Positions 9,139 to 17,274 of a stretch of DNA of 64,000 nt are shown here, one piece after another. Position 1 is the stretch's first letter. The number at the start of each line of letters is the position of its first letter. Origin of the DNA: a virus (taxonomy: Duplodnaviria; Caudoviricetes). The notes below the pieces were generated by a model. The model did no database searches and had not been told where the DNA came from. It saw only the letters and a program-made list of their open reading frames with translations. A program made the position numbers and the translations under genes. Location: positions 2,188 through 66,187 of IMG/VR virus record IMGVR_UViG_3300004448_000116, one strand, 5' to 3'.

Positions 9139-10225
9139 CTACCCTCGTGAAGTCCTTGAACTCAGCACTGAGAAAGGAAGAGGGTTCAGGAAACTTGTGA
9201 ACAGCAAGGGTGACTTTGAGCGGTACTGGCGTGGTAAGAATGGCGTGTCGAACGCCTACACGACCGTTTATGGCTATCGTGCAACAGAGCCCCCTCATCA
9301 CAAACGGGTCAATCTATACACGCCTATCATCCGCCACTTCGTGCTTGATTTTGACGCCATGGATTTCAAGGATAGGGACAGAGCAATCGTCGAGCCAGAG
9401 GAACCTCTTCGGCAGACAATGAGGCTTCATGAACATCTGAAAGAAAGGGCCATTCGTCACGGTGTTTGGTTCAGTGGCGGCGGCTACCATGTGTGGATAG
9501 CCTTGGCAGAAACACTCACACCATCAACTGGTTCGCAGTTGTCTGCCATCAAAGAAGCAGGTATGCGACGAGTCAATGACTGGGTCAAGGAATTCGACCT
9601 GTACTGTTGCGACCCTGCTGTGCCATTTGATACGAGTGGTTTAATCAGAATCCCAAATTCATTCAATGCCAAGCGAGGCTTCTGGAGCATACCGCTCAGC
9701 ACAGAGGACTTAGAAGCAGGCTATCAGCACATCATAAAAATGGCAAAGACGCACAAGAGTGGGTACAAGGAATACGGCACCGAGGGTGTTCAATTAGAGA
9801 TACGCAAAGTGGAAGACAAGGTTGAGATATTCAACCCTGCCACAGAAGCACTTGACCTTCCTACGGTTAAGATGAATGATGTCATCATACTGCCCTGCCT
9901 CAATCAAGCGGCCTGTCATGTAGGAGGAAACCCCAGTCATGATGCTCGCGTACAGTTGGTGAAGTATTTGGCTAAGCGTAAGAGAAACTTCTTACCCATC
10001 AGTGGCTTTTCAAATAGGGACTTGCAAGCCCACGGGGAAGAAATTGTCAATTACATTATGAAACTTCAATGGGCAGACCAAGACGAAGGTGTCACCCGCT
10101 ACCAAGTATCGACTATCGTCACTAAGGATTATCCTCAAACTTGTAAGATGCTGTGGGGCAAAGGTTTGTGCCTTGGTAAGTGTCGCTACTGGGACAAAAC
10201 AGGGAGTGTTGAAAATGGCAGTTGA
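9122..10225 (+). CDS. Archaeo-eukaryotic primase, PriS fused to a PriL C-terminal Fe-S domain
   Basis: LDFD, SGGGYH and RIPNS catalytic motifs; C-terminal PCL...H..R...C..L...GLC...C. Confidence 0.85.
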   Translation: MRLKLDYPREVLELSTEKGRGFRKLVNSKGDFERYWRGKNGVSNAYTTVYGYRATEPPHHKRVNLYTPIIRHFVLDFDAMDFKDRDRAIVEPEEPLRQTMRLHEHLKERAIRHGVWFSGGGYHVWIALAETLTPSTGSQLSAIKEAGMRRVNDWVKEFDLYCCDPAVPFDTSGLIRIPNSFNAKRGFWSIPLSTEDLEAGYQHIIKMAKTHKSGYKEYGTEGVQLEIRKVEDKVEIFNPATEALDLPTVKMNDVIILPCLNQAACHVGGNPSHDARVQLVKYLAKRKRNFLPISGFSNRDLQAHGEEIVNYIMKLQWADQDEGVTRYQVSTIVTKDYPQTCKMLWGKGLCLGKCRYWDKTGSVENGS

Positions 10226-10433
10226 ATGGTGCTTATTCTGTAATAGAAAAATCAACACCAGTACCCAAGGAAAGAGGAGGAAGAAACCTATGTGCTATTC
10301 CTGTCGAGAAGCCGGGGCTCCAGACGAATACAGATGTAATGGCATCAATTCCAGTAAAAAAAGATGCAAACAATGGGCCCTTGAAGACAAAAGTTATTGC
10401 GTTTCTCACAAACATTTGGAGGGTAAGGAATGA
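10215..10433 (+). CDS. Cys/His-rich Zn-finger protein, 72 aa (MAVEWCLFC...)
   Basis: Internal ATG of ORF 10089-10433 with SD GGGAGTG; CxxC, CxxC, C..C..CxxH; ATGA overlap with the next gene. Confidence 0.7.
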   Translation: MAVEWCLFCNRKINTSTQGKRRKKPMCYSCREAGAPDEYRCNGINSSKKRCKQWALEDKSYCVSHKHLEGKE

Positions 10434-11140
10434 GCACACCCCCTCTAATCGCCGATAGCAACGAACGAGGTCCCCTGTACGAAGCGGTAGAGCGCATGGC
10501 TCGCAAAGAGGGCATCTTAGTCAAATCTCAATTCCTACAAGGGATGGGCGATTACAAAGCAGGTGACGGGCATGTCGAATGCAAAAGTCTAAGTGACTTC
10601 TTTCAATCCAGCCACAGCGGCCACTTGTGGCGTCAACTCGACAACCTCGATGCTAACTGTGGGCGTGTGTTTTTGGTTGTACATGGTGATATTGCCAAGT
10701 ACATCAAGATGGCACAAGCACGAGGTAAGAAAGCCTCCTACTCACGGGTCACCAACGAACTGATGGGTACCTTTGCCCGCATCATGGCCGACTTCGATTG
10801 TCATATTTACAAAGCCAAGGACCATGTGGAAGCCGCGATGTTCCTTGTCAAATTGCATCAAAAGTTGCATAAGCCAGCCAGCCGACACGGCGCAAGAGCC
10901 GTCACACGGGTGTCCACTAATGATGTACGACAGGACATGTTGCTTGCAATTCCGGGTTTCGGACCCGATTTAGTAAGTAAGTTAATTGACAAATGTGGCA
11001 GTATTGAGGAGATGGTTTATATCGAATCACTGAAACGGGTCAAAGGTATGGGACCTGTATTGCGACAAAGGCTCATCGATGTTCTTACATCGGAAGAAGC
11101 AGTACGAGTCGAGAAAACATATCAGAAACGGAGAGAATGA
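10430..11140 (+). CDS. ERCC4/XPF-family structure-specific nuclease with (HhH)2 domain
   Basis: IADSNE, GDY, VECKSLSDF, QLDNL; HhH motifs IPGFGP and VKGMGP. Confidence 0.88.
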   Translation: MSTPPLIADSNERGPLYEAVERMARKEGILVKSQFLQGMGDYKAGDGHVECKSLSDFFQSSHSGHLWRQLDNLDANCGRVFLVVHGDIAKYIKMAQARGKKASYSRVTNELMGTFARIMADFDCHIYKAKDHVEAAMFLVKLHQKLHKPASRHGARAVTRVSTNDVRQDMLLAIPGFGPDLVSKLIDKCGSIEEMVYIESLKRVKGMGPVLRQRLIDVLTSEEAVRVEKTYQKRRE

Positions 11141-11141
11141 A

Positions 11142-12557
11142 ATGATGGACCACAACGCAGACAAGTACGAAGCCGTGCAAAGATACCCGATTTTGAAGGG
11201 CTACCTCAGTCACTTTAGAGAGGTAAGTAAAAACAACGAAATACCCGGCATGTTGTCATTCTTTTACCTGCTCGGACAGGTTGCTTTACCATTCGTAAGA
11301 ATACCCATTGGGGGAAGCAACATCGACCCCCGTGTTAGCGTATTCTGGATTCAAGACACACGGACAGGTAAGTCCGTAGCATTTGAAATTGTACAGCGAG
11401 TGGCCCGTGACATCGGTATAGACGCTGTGGATTACAGCACAGGTACAGATGCGGCACTTGTAGGGTCATTTGTACAAGAAGACCCCAGCGAACCACCTGT
11501 ACAGCGCCCCGGCGTTTTGGCAGGACGAAAGTGCTTGAACTTTGATGAAGGTAGCATCCTTCTCAAGCCCAATCAACATTCAGAGGGGACTGTCTTGTTT
11601 TTACAGACGGCTCTAAATTCGGCAGGTACTGGGCGAAATGTGCTAACCAAGCATCTTCGTGACGGGACAATCAAAATCAAATCAGAGGTATCACTATGGA
11701 TTACTACATTCCCTCCGAAGGGAATCAGAGAGCATGTACTGGACAAGGGTATCTTTCAAAGAGTACTGCTCTATTGGCGCGACTGGACTATCGAAATGAA
11801 GAGGGAAGTTGCTCACGAACTGGCGGCGAGCGTACATAGAAGAACCAAGCACTCCGTGTCATACAGTGAAATCATCAAGTTCTTTGATGAATTGCAGACT
11901 AACTTGAGGAGGAGAGTCTGTGATTTAGCAGGTATCACTATCCTGCAATGGGAAGAGGCAGATGACGACACTCAGGAAGAATGGTCTATGGACATTATTG
12001 ATGAAATGTTCACCATCGATGAATCGTATGTGCCTGCTCTTGTGAGTGCCATTGATGAGTACTACCATCTGGTGGAGCAGATGGACCCTCACAAACAAGG
12101 GGTCTGCGCATCGTTCATCATGGGCCTTCAAAACTACACCAATGTCATCGCTCATCACTTTGCTATGATTGAGGGTACATGGGTTGTGCGAGGCGACCAT
12201 ATTGACATGGCTAAGGAGATTCTCTATGACCTGTATCACAACTTAATTCACTGGCTGGAGGCAGAAGTCAAAGTGGGTATGGGTGTCAAAGAAGCCAAGA
12301 GCATGGAAGTCGGCTGGAAGAAAGGTTATTTCGCTTGCGAAAGGGTGGACTTCGACGACAACCGTGGAGAAGGCTGGGTCAGGAAGACAGAACTGTACGC
12401 CTCTTATGGTAAGAACCAGAACCTCAGTAGCAACAATTCAATCAACAAACGGTACAATGACTTCGGCGCTAAGATGTTTGAGGAAACCAGCCACAAGGTC
12501 AAGAAGTATGTGCGTCTGCGCAAGGAGCATCTCAAAGGGGGACTCCCGAATGAGTGA
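11142..12557 (+). CDS. mcm: MCM-like AAA+ replicative helicase lacking the N-terminal domain
   Basis: Degenerate Walker A QDTRTGKS, 'TDAALVGS', 'PGVLAG', Walker B FDEG, arginine finger IFQR, C-terminal wHTH-like segment. Confidence 0.7.
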   Translation: MMDHNADKYEAVQRYPILKGYLSHFREVSKNNEIPGMLSFFYLLGQVALPFVRIPIGGSNIDPRVSVFWIQDTRTGKSVAFEIVQRVARDIGIDAVDYSTGTDAALVGSFVQEDPSEPPVQRPGVLAGRKCLNFDEGSILLKPNQHSEGTVLFLQTALNSAGTGRNVLTKHLRDGTIKIKSEVSLWITTFPPKGIREHVLDKGIFQRVLLYWRDWTIEMKREVAHELAASVHRRTKHSVSYSEIIKFFDELQTNLRRRVCDLAGITILQWEEADDDTQEEWSMDIIDEMFTIDESYVPALVSAIDEYYHLVEQMDPHKQGVCASFIMGLQNYTNVIAHHFAMIEGTWVVRGDHIDMAKEILYDLYHNLIHWLEAEVKVGMGVKEAKSMEVGWKKGYFACERVDFDDNRGEGWVRKTELYASYGKNQNLSSNNSINKRYNDFGAKMFEETSHKVKKYVRLRKEHLKGGLPNE

Positions 12558-12702
12558 GTGCATGGTATGCGGTGACCCCGGTCATGGTGAGAATTTCTCA
12601 CAATGTGGTACCGATTACAAGGGTCGACCCAAGCATATTTGTCCGCCATGTTCAAAAGTCGTGAACGAAGTCTTTGCAATTGTCGGGAGGCCACTGGTAT
12701 GA
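12550..12702 (+). CDS. Zn-finger microprotein, 50 aa (MSECMVCGD...ICPPC...)
   Basis: Internal ATG of ORF 12283-12702, two CxxC pairs, ATGA overlap with the next gene. Confidence 0.65.
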   Translation: MSECMVCGDPGHGENFSQCGTDYKGRPKHICPPCSKVVNEVFAIVGRPLV

Positions 12703-13310
12703 CGGGAATCTTATCCATTGACATTGAAACAAAGAACTTCTCACACGAGATAGGCGGCTGGGGCAACACCCATCTTTTTGAGCCTACCGTGGTTGCTACA
12801 TGGGACGGTACAGATGGTACCGTGTACTGCAACAAGTCACAAGCAAAGGAATTCCTCGACAAGGGTGTCAAGGTAAAACCCCTACACTCAGAAATACTTG
12901 GCAAGGACATAGAAGCACACATAGCCAAGGGTGGCAAAGTGATTGGTCACAACATCGTGGGCTTCGATTTACCTATTCTCAGAGATAGCCTTGACTGCTG
13001 GTCAGCAGGCGATATTCTCGGCAAGGCAGGAGATTGTATCATAGATACTTCTGCAAAATTACGGTCGGCCACAGGGTCGACAATTCCGTTGGCAGACGCA
13101 TGTCTGCACACCCTTGGTAAAGGGAAGACAATGAAAAGCCACGACGCTCCATTGGAGTGGCGCAAAGGCAACTATGGCAAGGTGGCAGACTACTGCCTCA
13201 AGGACGCTCAACTCGCATACGAATTATGGGAGCATGGGAACAAAGAAGGATTTGTCAAGGCCCGTTGCAGAAAGACGGGCGTTGTCAAAGAGTTCGACAT
13301 AAACTGGTAA
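12699..13310 (+). CDS. DEDD/RNase H-fold 3'-5' exonuclease
   Basis: IDIET, GHNIVGFDLP, IIDT, YCLKD motifs. Confidence 0.85.
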   Translation: MTGILSIDIETKNFSHEIGGWGNTHLFEPTVVATWDGTDGTVYCNKSQAKEFLDKGVKVKPLHSEILGKDIEAHIAKGGKVIGHNIVGFDLPILRDSLDCWSAGDILGKAGDCIIDTSAKLRSATGSTIPLADACLHTLGKGKTMKSHDAPLEWRKGNYGKVADYCLKDAQLAYELWEHGNKEGFVKARCRKTGVVKEFDINW

Positions 13311-13323
13311 GAGAGGAAAATAT

Positions 13324-14829
13324 ATGACCGAAAAAAAACAAACCGCACAGAGCCTAAACATCAGAGCCGCTAAAGCAATTGCCGACACAGTTCGGTCAAC
13401 GCTTGGACCAGCGGGGATGGACAAAATGATGGTTGATGGAGGTGGAAATGTCATCGTGACAAACGATGGTGCCACAATCCTACAACAACTTGACATCACC
13501 CACCCCGGTGCGAAGATGATTGTTGAAGCCGCAAACACGCAAGAAACCATGTGTTATGATGGTACAACGACTACGACAATTCTGGCCGGTGAACTACTGG
13601 CCAATACACAAGAACTGTTCAACAAAGGACTGCACCCAAATGTAGTCTGCAAAGGGTATCGTCAAGCCGCCAAGTGGGCAGTGGAACACATCAACGGCAT
13701 CACCGTCAAAGACATTGAGCCATACCTACGACAAGTGGCTAAGACTGCTATCACCGGTAAAGCACTGGAAAGCAACGAATTGCAAGTCAGTGCCCTGTGC
13801 GTCAAAGCAGTCAACCGTGCCAAGGGTGACATCAAGCGCATCAGCGTCGTGTGTCAGCCGGGTGGCTCACTGGAAGATTCGTACTGCTTCTCTGGCAAAA
13901 TCTTGAATCAGACCTTTATGATGTCAAGCATGGAGAACGAGCCTACACCACAGGTAGTCCTCATCAATTCTGGACTTTCCAAGCAAGAGGACAGCGTACA
14001 AGTCAATGTGTCGAATGTTGGTGATTACAAGTCCTATCAGGAATACGCCAACAAGGACATCTGGCAAGACAAGGTGGAAAAAATCGTCGACATGCTACCG
14101 AAAGGTGGAGTTGTCTTCTGTCGTGATTCGGTCAACGAACTGGTTGCGGCCTTGCTTTCCAAGAACAAAATCAGTGTTGCTCAGAGAGTCCCTCCGAGTG
14201 ACATGGAGGCTATGGCTATCCTGCTCGGCACAACAGTGGCTCACTCAGTCGAAGACTTGAATGGCTCTGACCCAGCAGGCAAGGTGCTTCAATTCACCAT
14301 GGGCGACATGCAATACATCAGCGTCGAGGATGTCCATGGTAATGAAAACAGCGTCACTACCTTGGTCCTACGAGGAGCCACTCGTCAAACACTCGACGAA
14401 ACAGAACGAGGCTTTGACGATGCGTTGGGCGTAGTCTGCCTTGCTTTCAACAGCGAGTGTATCGTCAGAGGAGGAGGTTCGTCTTACATGAACGCCGCCC
14501 TCAACCTGCGCTCTCGTGCCGCCGAAATCGGAGGTCGAGCACAGATGGCCATCGAAGCCTTCGCCAACGCCTTGGAGAGCATTCCTGCTACCATTGCGCA
14601 GAATGCAGGTCATGACCCGTTGGACATTATTCTTGAGTTGAGGAACGAACACCTTCAAGGCAACTTTGATTACGGCCCTGATATTTACAACGGCGGTACA
14701 ATCTCAATGGGAGCGGCGAATGTATGGGAACCGTACGAACTTGTGAAGCAGGCTATTCAGTCAGCAAGCGAGGTCAGCATTAGCATCCTACGCATCGATG
14801 ACATCATTGGACGGAAGTCTGAGGATTGA
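13324..14829 (+). CDS. ths: Group II chaperonin (thermosome subunit)
   Basis: STLGPAGMDKM, TNDGATIL, DGTTT, LRGAT..LDETER..DDAL, ILRIDD. Confidence 0.96.
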   Translation: MTEKKQTAQSLNIRAAKAIADTVRSTLGPAGMDKMMVDGGGNVIVTNDGATILQQLDITHPGAKMIVEAANTQETMCYDGTTTTTILAGELLANTQELFNKGLHPNVVCKGYRQAAKWAVEHINGITVKDIEPYLRQVAKTAITGKALESNELQVSALCVKAVNRAKGDIKRISVVCQPGGSLEDSYCFSGKILNQTFMMSSMENEPTPQVVLINSGLSKQEDSVQVNVSNVGDYKSYQEYANKDIWQDKVEKIVDMLPKGGVVFCRDSVNELVAALLSKNKISVAQRVPPSDMEAMAILLGTTVAHSVEDLNGSDPAGKVLQFTMGDMQYISVEDVHGNENSVTTLVLRGATRQTLDETERGFDDALGVVCLAFNSECIVRGGGSSYMNAALNLRSRAAEIGGRAQMAIEAFANALESIPATIAQNAGHDPLDIILELRNEHLQGNFDYGPDIYNGGTISMGAANVWEPYELVKQAIQSASEVSISILRIDDIIGRKSED

Positions 14830-15877
14830 CATCCCCCGCCGCTTGTTGCTCTTGGAGCATTTGTTCGTAGCGCACTTGGTCTTCCGATGGTCCGCCCACA
14901 TGTAATTCTGGTAAATCGCTTCTGAGTTCAGGGTCTGGGTGGTAAAATTCAGCCCCTTGATAAATACGGTCGCCCATTATTCTAAACCTTTCTTCGGCAG
15001 TCATGAAACCAGTTGGACTACTGCTGTCAGGTGTTAGGCTGTAAGCGCCGAATTCGTGACCTATTGACCGCAAGGGGCGATAAGACCCTTCTGCTTGTTC
15101 AACATCCAAATCTGTGAAGGTTTCAGGGTATTCTTCATCGCCATAAGGGTCTACATCTACACCTCCTCTTACCAAGACATCATATGCGGTCTTTGGTTTT
15201 AAGTAGCGTGGGTGGGTAGGGTTCAAAAGTTTTAGTGGGGGGTATTGTTCGGCCAATCGTTCGATGTTCTCTTGCTGTTCTCGCTTCAACGCTTCGATGT
15301 TAGTTTGCTGTTTCGCCCATTCTTCAATTTCATCATTGATGAGCCTATGTGTATGTTCATGAGCACCGATGCTGTATATTGCCTCAGCACCCTTGTCAAA
15401 GTCCTCCTCAGATGCCTGTTCGCCCATGAGGTTGCCTATATCGTCGTTCAATTTCACACCAACATAAGAACCATCTTCGTGCAATCGTGGTACTGAGCCT
15501 CCTCGATGGTACCTTCCGAATTTATCATTTTGGGGCCGAGGGAAATTAGGAGTGTCTGCCGGTCCTTTCTCGTGAGGTAAATCTGAATTGAACGGTAGCG
15601 TTTCCATTGAATGCATAACTTGTTCGTTGGTCACTGGCTCACCTGAAAATGCTTCTAAAAGGCGTCTTGTGGTTTCTTCATCCCCCACATTATGATTCAA
15701 TTCTGGGAAATCAGCGACTCTTCTTCTGGCATGCATTAGATGTCGTGCGTACATTTCAGTGGCGTATTCGTCGTTGTCAATAGCATCTTTGGGTAAATGG
15801 TGCCCACCAGCGTCCGTATCCCCCATGTGAAAATCCAATTTGAGGATTGACCAAGCAACATCAAGTGGCCTGACCAT
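14804..15877 (-). CDS. Acidic protein with HExxH zincin-like motif and N-terminal AWxxLK leader
   Basis: AHEHTH plus downstream GHEFGAY; N-terminus MVRPLDVAWSILK; 3' end overlaps the thermosome gene convergently. Confidence 0.6.
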   Translation of the reverse strand: MVRPLDVAWSILKLDFHMGDTDAGGHHLPKDAIDNDEYATEMYARHLMHARRRVADFPELNHNVGDEETTRRLLEAFSGEPVTNEQVMHSMETLPFNSDLPHEKGPADTPNFPRPQNDKFGRYHRGGSVPRLHEDGSYVGVKLNDDIGNLMGEQASEEDFDKGAEAIYSIGAHEHTHRLINDEIEEWAKQQTNIEALKREQQENIERLAEQYPPLKLLNPTHPRYLKPKTAYDVLVRGGVDVDPYGDEEYPETFTDLDVEQAEGSYRPLRSIGHEFGAYSLTPDSSSPTGFMTAEERFRIMGDRIYQGAEFYHPDPELRSDLPELHVGGPSEDQVRYEQMLQEQQAAGDVNPQTSVQ

Positions 15878-15892
15878 GTACAGGCGTAGCCC

Positions 15893-16732
15893 TCAATGAG
15901 TAATCAAATTATCCTCTTGGCTTTTGAGAATGTCCTTCACGACATCCAGAGCAGGGCGTAGGTCGGCTTCCTTGATGCCGCAGTTGAATCCCCACACATT
16001 GAGATGCCGCACCAAGGATTCGGTCGATAGATTAGCCCCACTGCCGTCAGCAAAGGGACAGCCACCAAGACCACCTATGCTTGAGTCGAACTGTTTGATA
16101 CCGTTCATCAGGCCGCTTCTAACAAGACTGAGGGCCCTCGATTCGTCGCCCTTGTGGTGCAAGTGAAGAGCAGGAGCCAAGCCCTCATCTTGAGCCATTT
16201 CAGCCCACAGTGCCACTTCTGGACGGGTGCCACAGCCTATTGTGTCAGAAAAAACAACAGTCGTTCCAAACATCTTAGCGTCCCGTAAGCACAGCCGCAT
16301 CATTTGCGGCGAAATCTCGCCACTATGAGGCGAGCCAAATGCCATAGAAAGGTACACTCGTACTTTCTCCTTGGGTACCTTGTCCATGAATGTCTTGTAC
16401 ATCAGAACAATCTCTGAGCGAGTCTTGCCCATGTTCTGGATATTGAAGGTTTCACATGGGCTGAACACTATGTTGATTTTGTCTATGCCTGTCTGTTGTG
16501 CACGGAGGAAGCCCCGCTTGTTCATGACAAGCCCAGCCCCTTTGGTGTACACGGCCTCTGCGTCAGCCATCTGTGGCAGAACCTTTGGATTAGCGAATGA
16601 AACTTCTTCGATGTCTTTGATGCCAGAAGCGTACAGTTGCTTTATCAGAAGCCTTTTTTTTTCGGTGCTGACCACAGTGCCCAGAGCCTGCAATCCGTCC
16701 CTTGGTCCGACTTCATAGACACTGATGTTCAT
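15893..16732 (-). CDS. hmgL: Hydroxymethylglutaryl-CoA lyase (DRE-TIM family), auxiliary metabolic gene
   Basis: EVGPRDGLQ, SF..PK.LPQMADA, SDTIG, HLH, GLGGCPFA..GN. ATG 16732 is coupled to the upstream micro-ORF. Confidence 0.92.
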   Translation of the reverse strand: MNISVYEVGPRDGLQALGTVVSTEKKRLLIKQLYASGIKDIEEVSFANPKVLPQMADAEAVYTKGAGLVMNKRGFLRAQQTGIDKINIVFSPCETFNIQNMGKTRSEIVLMYKTFMDKVPKEKVRVYLSMAFGSPHSGEISPQMMRLCLRDAKMFGTTVVFSDTIGCGTRPEVALWAEMAQDEGLAPALHLHHKGDESRALSLVRSGLMNGIKQFDSSIGGLGGCPFADGSGANLSTESLVRHLNVWGFNCGIKEADLRPALDVVKDILKSQEDNLITH

Positions 16733-16884
16733 TGCTGACCCTTCCGCAAACCGTCCATGCACATTTCCTGCAATTCAGCAGGGTCAGTGAAGAATACGAC
16801 ATCAGAGCCTAAGTCTTTGGTGACATACCAAGTGAACAAAAATCCGCAGATAAAACTCAAGATAAAAAACAGCCAAAGACCCAT
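16729..16884 (-). CDS. Single-pass membrane microprotein, 51 aa (MGLWLFFILSFICGFLFTWYVTKDLGSDVVFFTDPAELQEMCMDGLRKGQQ)
   Basis: Not in the ORF track. N-terminal hydrophobic helix, TGA overlaps the HMG-CoA lyase ATG (ATGA), TATA-like element upstream. Confidence 0.7.
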   Translation of the reverse strand: MGLWLFFILSFICGFLFTWYVTKDLGSDVVFFTDPAELQEMCMDGLRKGQQ

Positions 16885-16899
16885 GTGCAAGGACAGCGC

Positions 16900-16937
16900 G
16901 GTGCAAAAATTAAACCTTCCGGTAGTATCGCTCTACT
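16900..16937. promoter_or_regulatory. Putative bidirectional TATA element
   Basis: AAAAATTAAA (about 16905-16914) lies 21-33 nt from both ATG 16884(-) and ATG 16938(+). Confidence 0.45.
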
Positions 16938-17036
16938 ATGCCCCGTTCCGACAAGGTCTTACTCCCACTCGCACTGTTGCTTATCGTAGGCTGGGCCATC
17001 GGTCTGGTTATGCATCACGCATGGCTTGGGAAATAA
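16938..17036 (+). CDS. Hydrophobic micropeptide, 32 aa (MPRSDKVLLPLALLLIVGWAIGLVMHHAWLGK)
   Basis: Clean transmembrane segment, TATA at leaderless spacing; overlaps the 3' end of 17008-17274 in antisense. Confidence 0.45.
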   Translation: MPRSDKVLLPLALLLIVGWAIGLVMHHAWLGK

Positions 17037-17274
17037 GCATACGAGATAGTGCTCCGTAGCGTTTGGCCTTCAACCGCTTCTTTGATTTCTTAGCCGACTC
17101 CTTCTGCCCTAAAGGACCGAAGCCTCCGTGCTTGCGGGCGTAGCCACACTGAGGACATTCGTGATACACCACATGCTTACCATTAGCGTACCGTCCGCTA
17201 ACGGACAAAGGCAAGGCTGTTGTGCCACAGCACTCACAGGTCTGCATCAAAGATTTGACAAGAGCACCCATCAA
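17008..17274 (-). CDS. Basic Zn-ribbon protein
   Basis: CECC...CPQCG, Lys-rich tail, ATGA coupling. Confidence 0.7.
   Translation of the reverse strand: MMGALVKSLMQTCECCGTTALPLSVSGRYANGKHVVYHECPQCGYARKHGGFGPLGQKESAKKSKKRLKAKRYGALSRMLISQAMRDA

Noticed and set aside
16653-16662. Homopolymer run in HMG-CoA lyase as a phase-variation site
   Set aside because: The frame is intact and the run simply encodes Glu-Lys-Lys-Arg.
16940-17000. Possible tRNA or structured ncRNA (CGATAAG/CTTGTCG stem on the minus strand)
   Set aside because: No cloverleaf or T-loop consensus; the 32-aa hydrophobic ORF explains the region better.
16757-17059. 100-aa + strand ORF in the track
   Set aside because: Antisense to the coupled 51-aa gene, crosses the AT element, no protein-like features.
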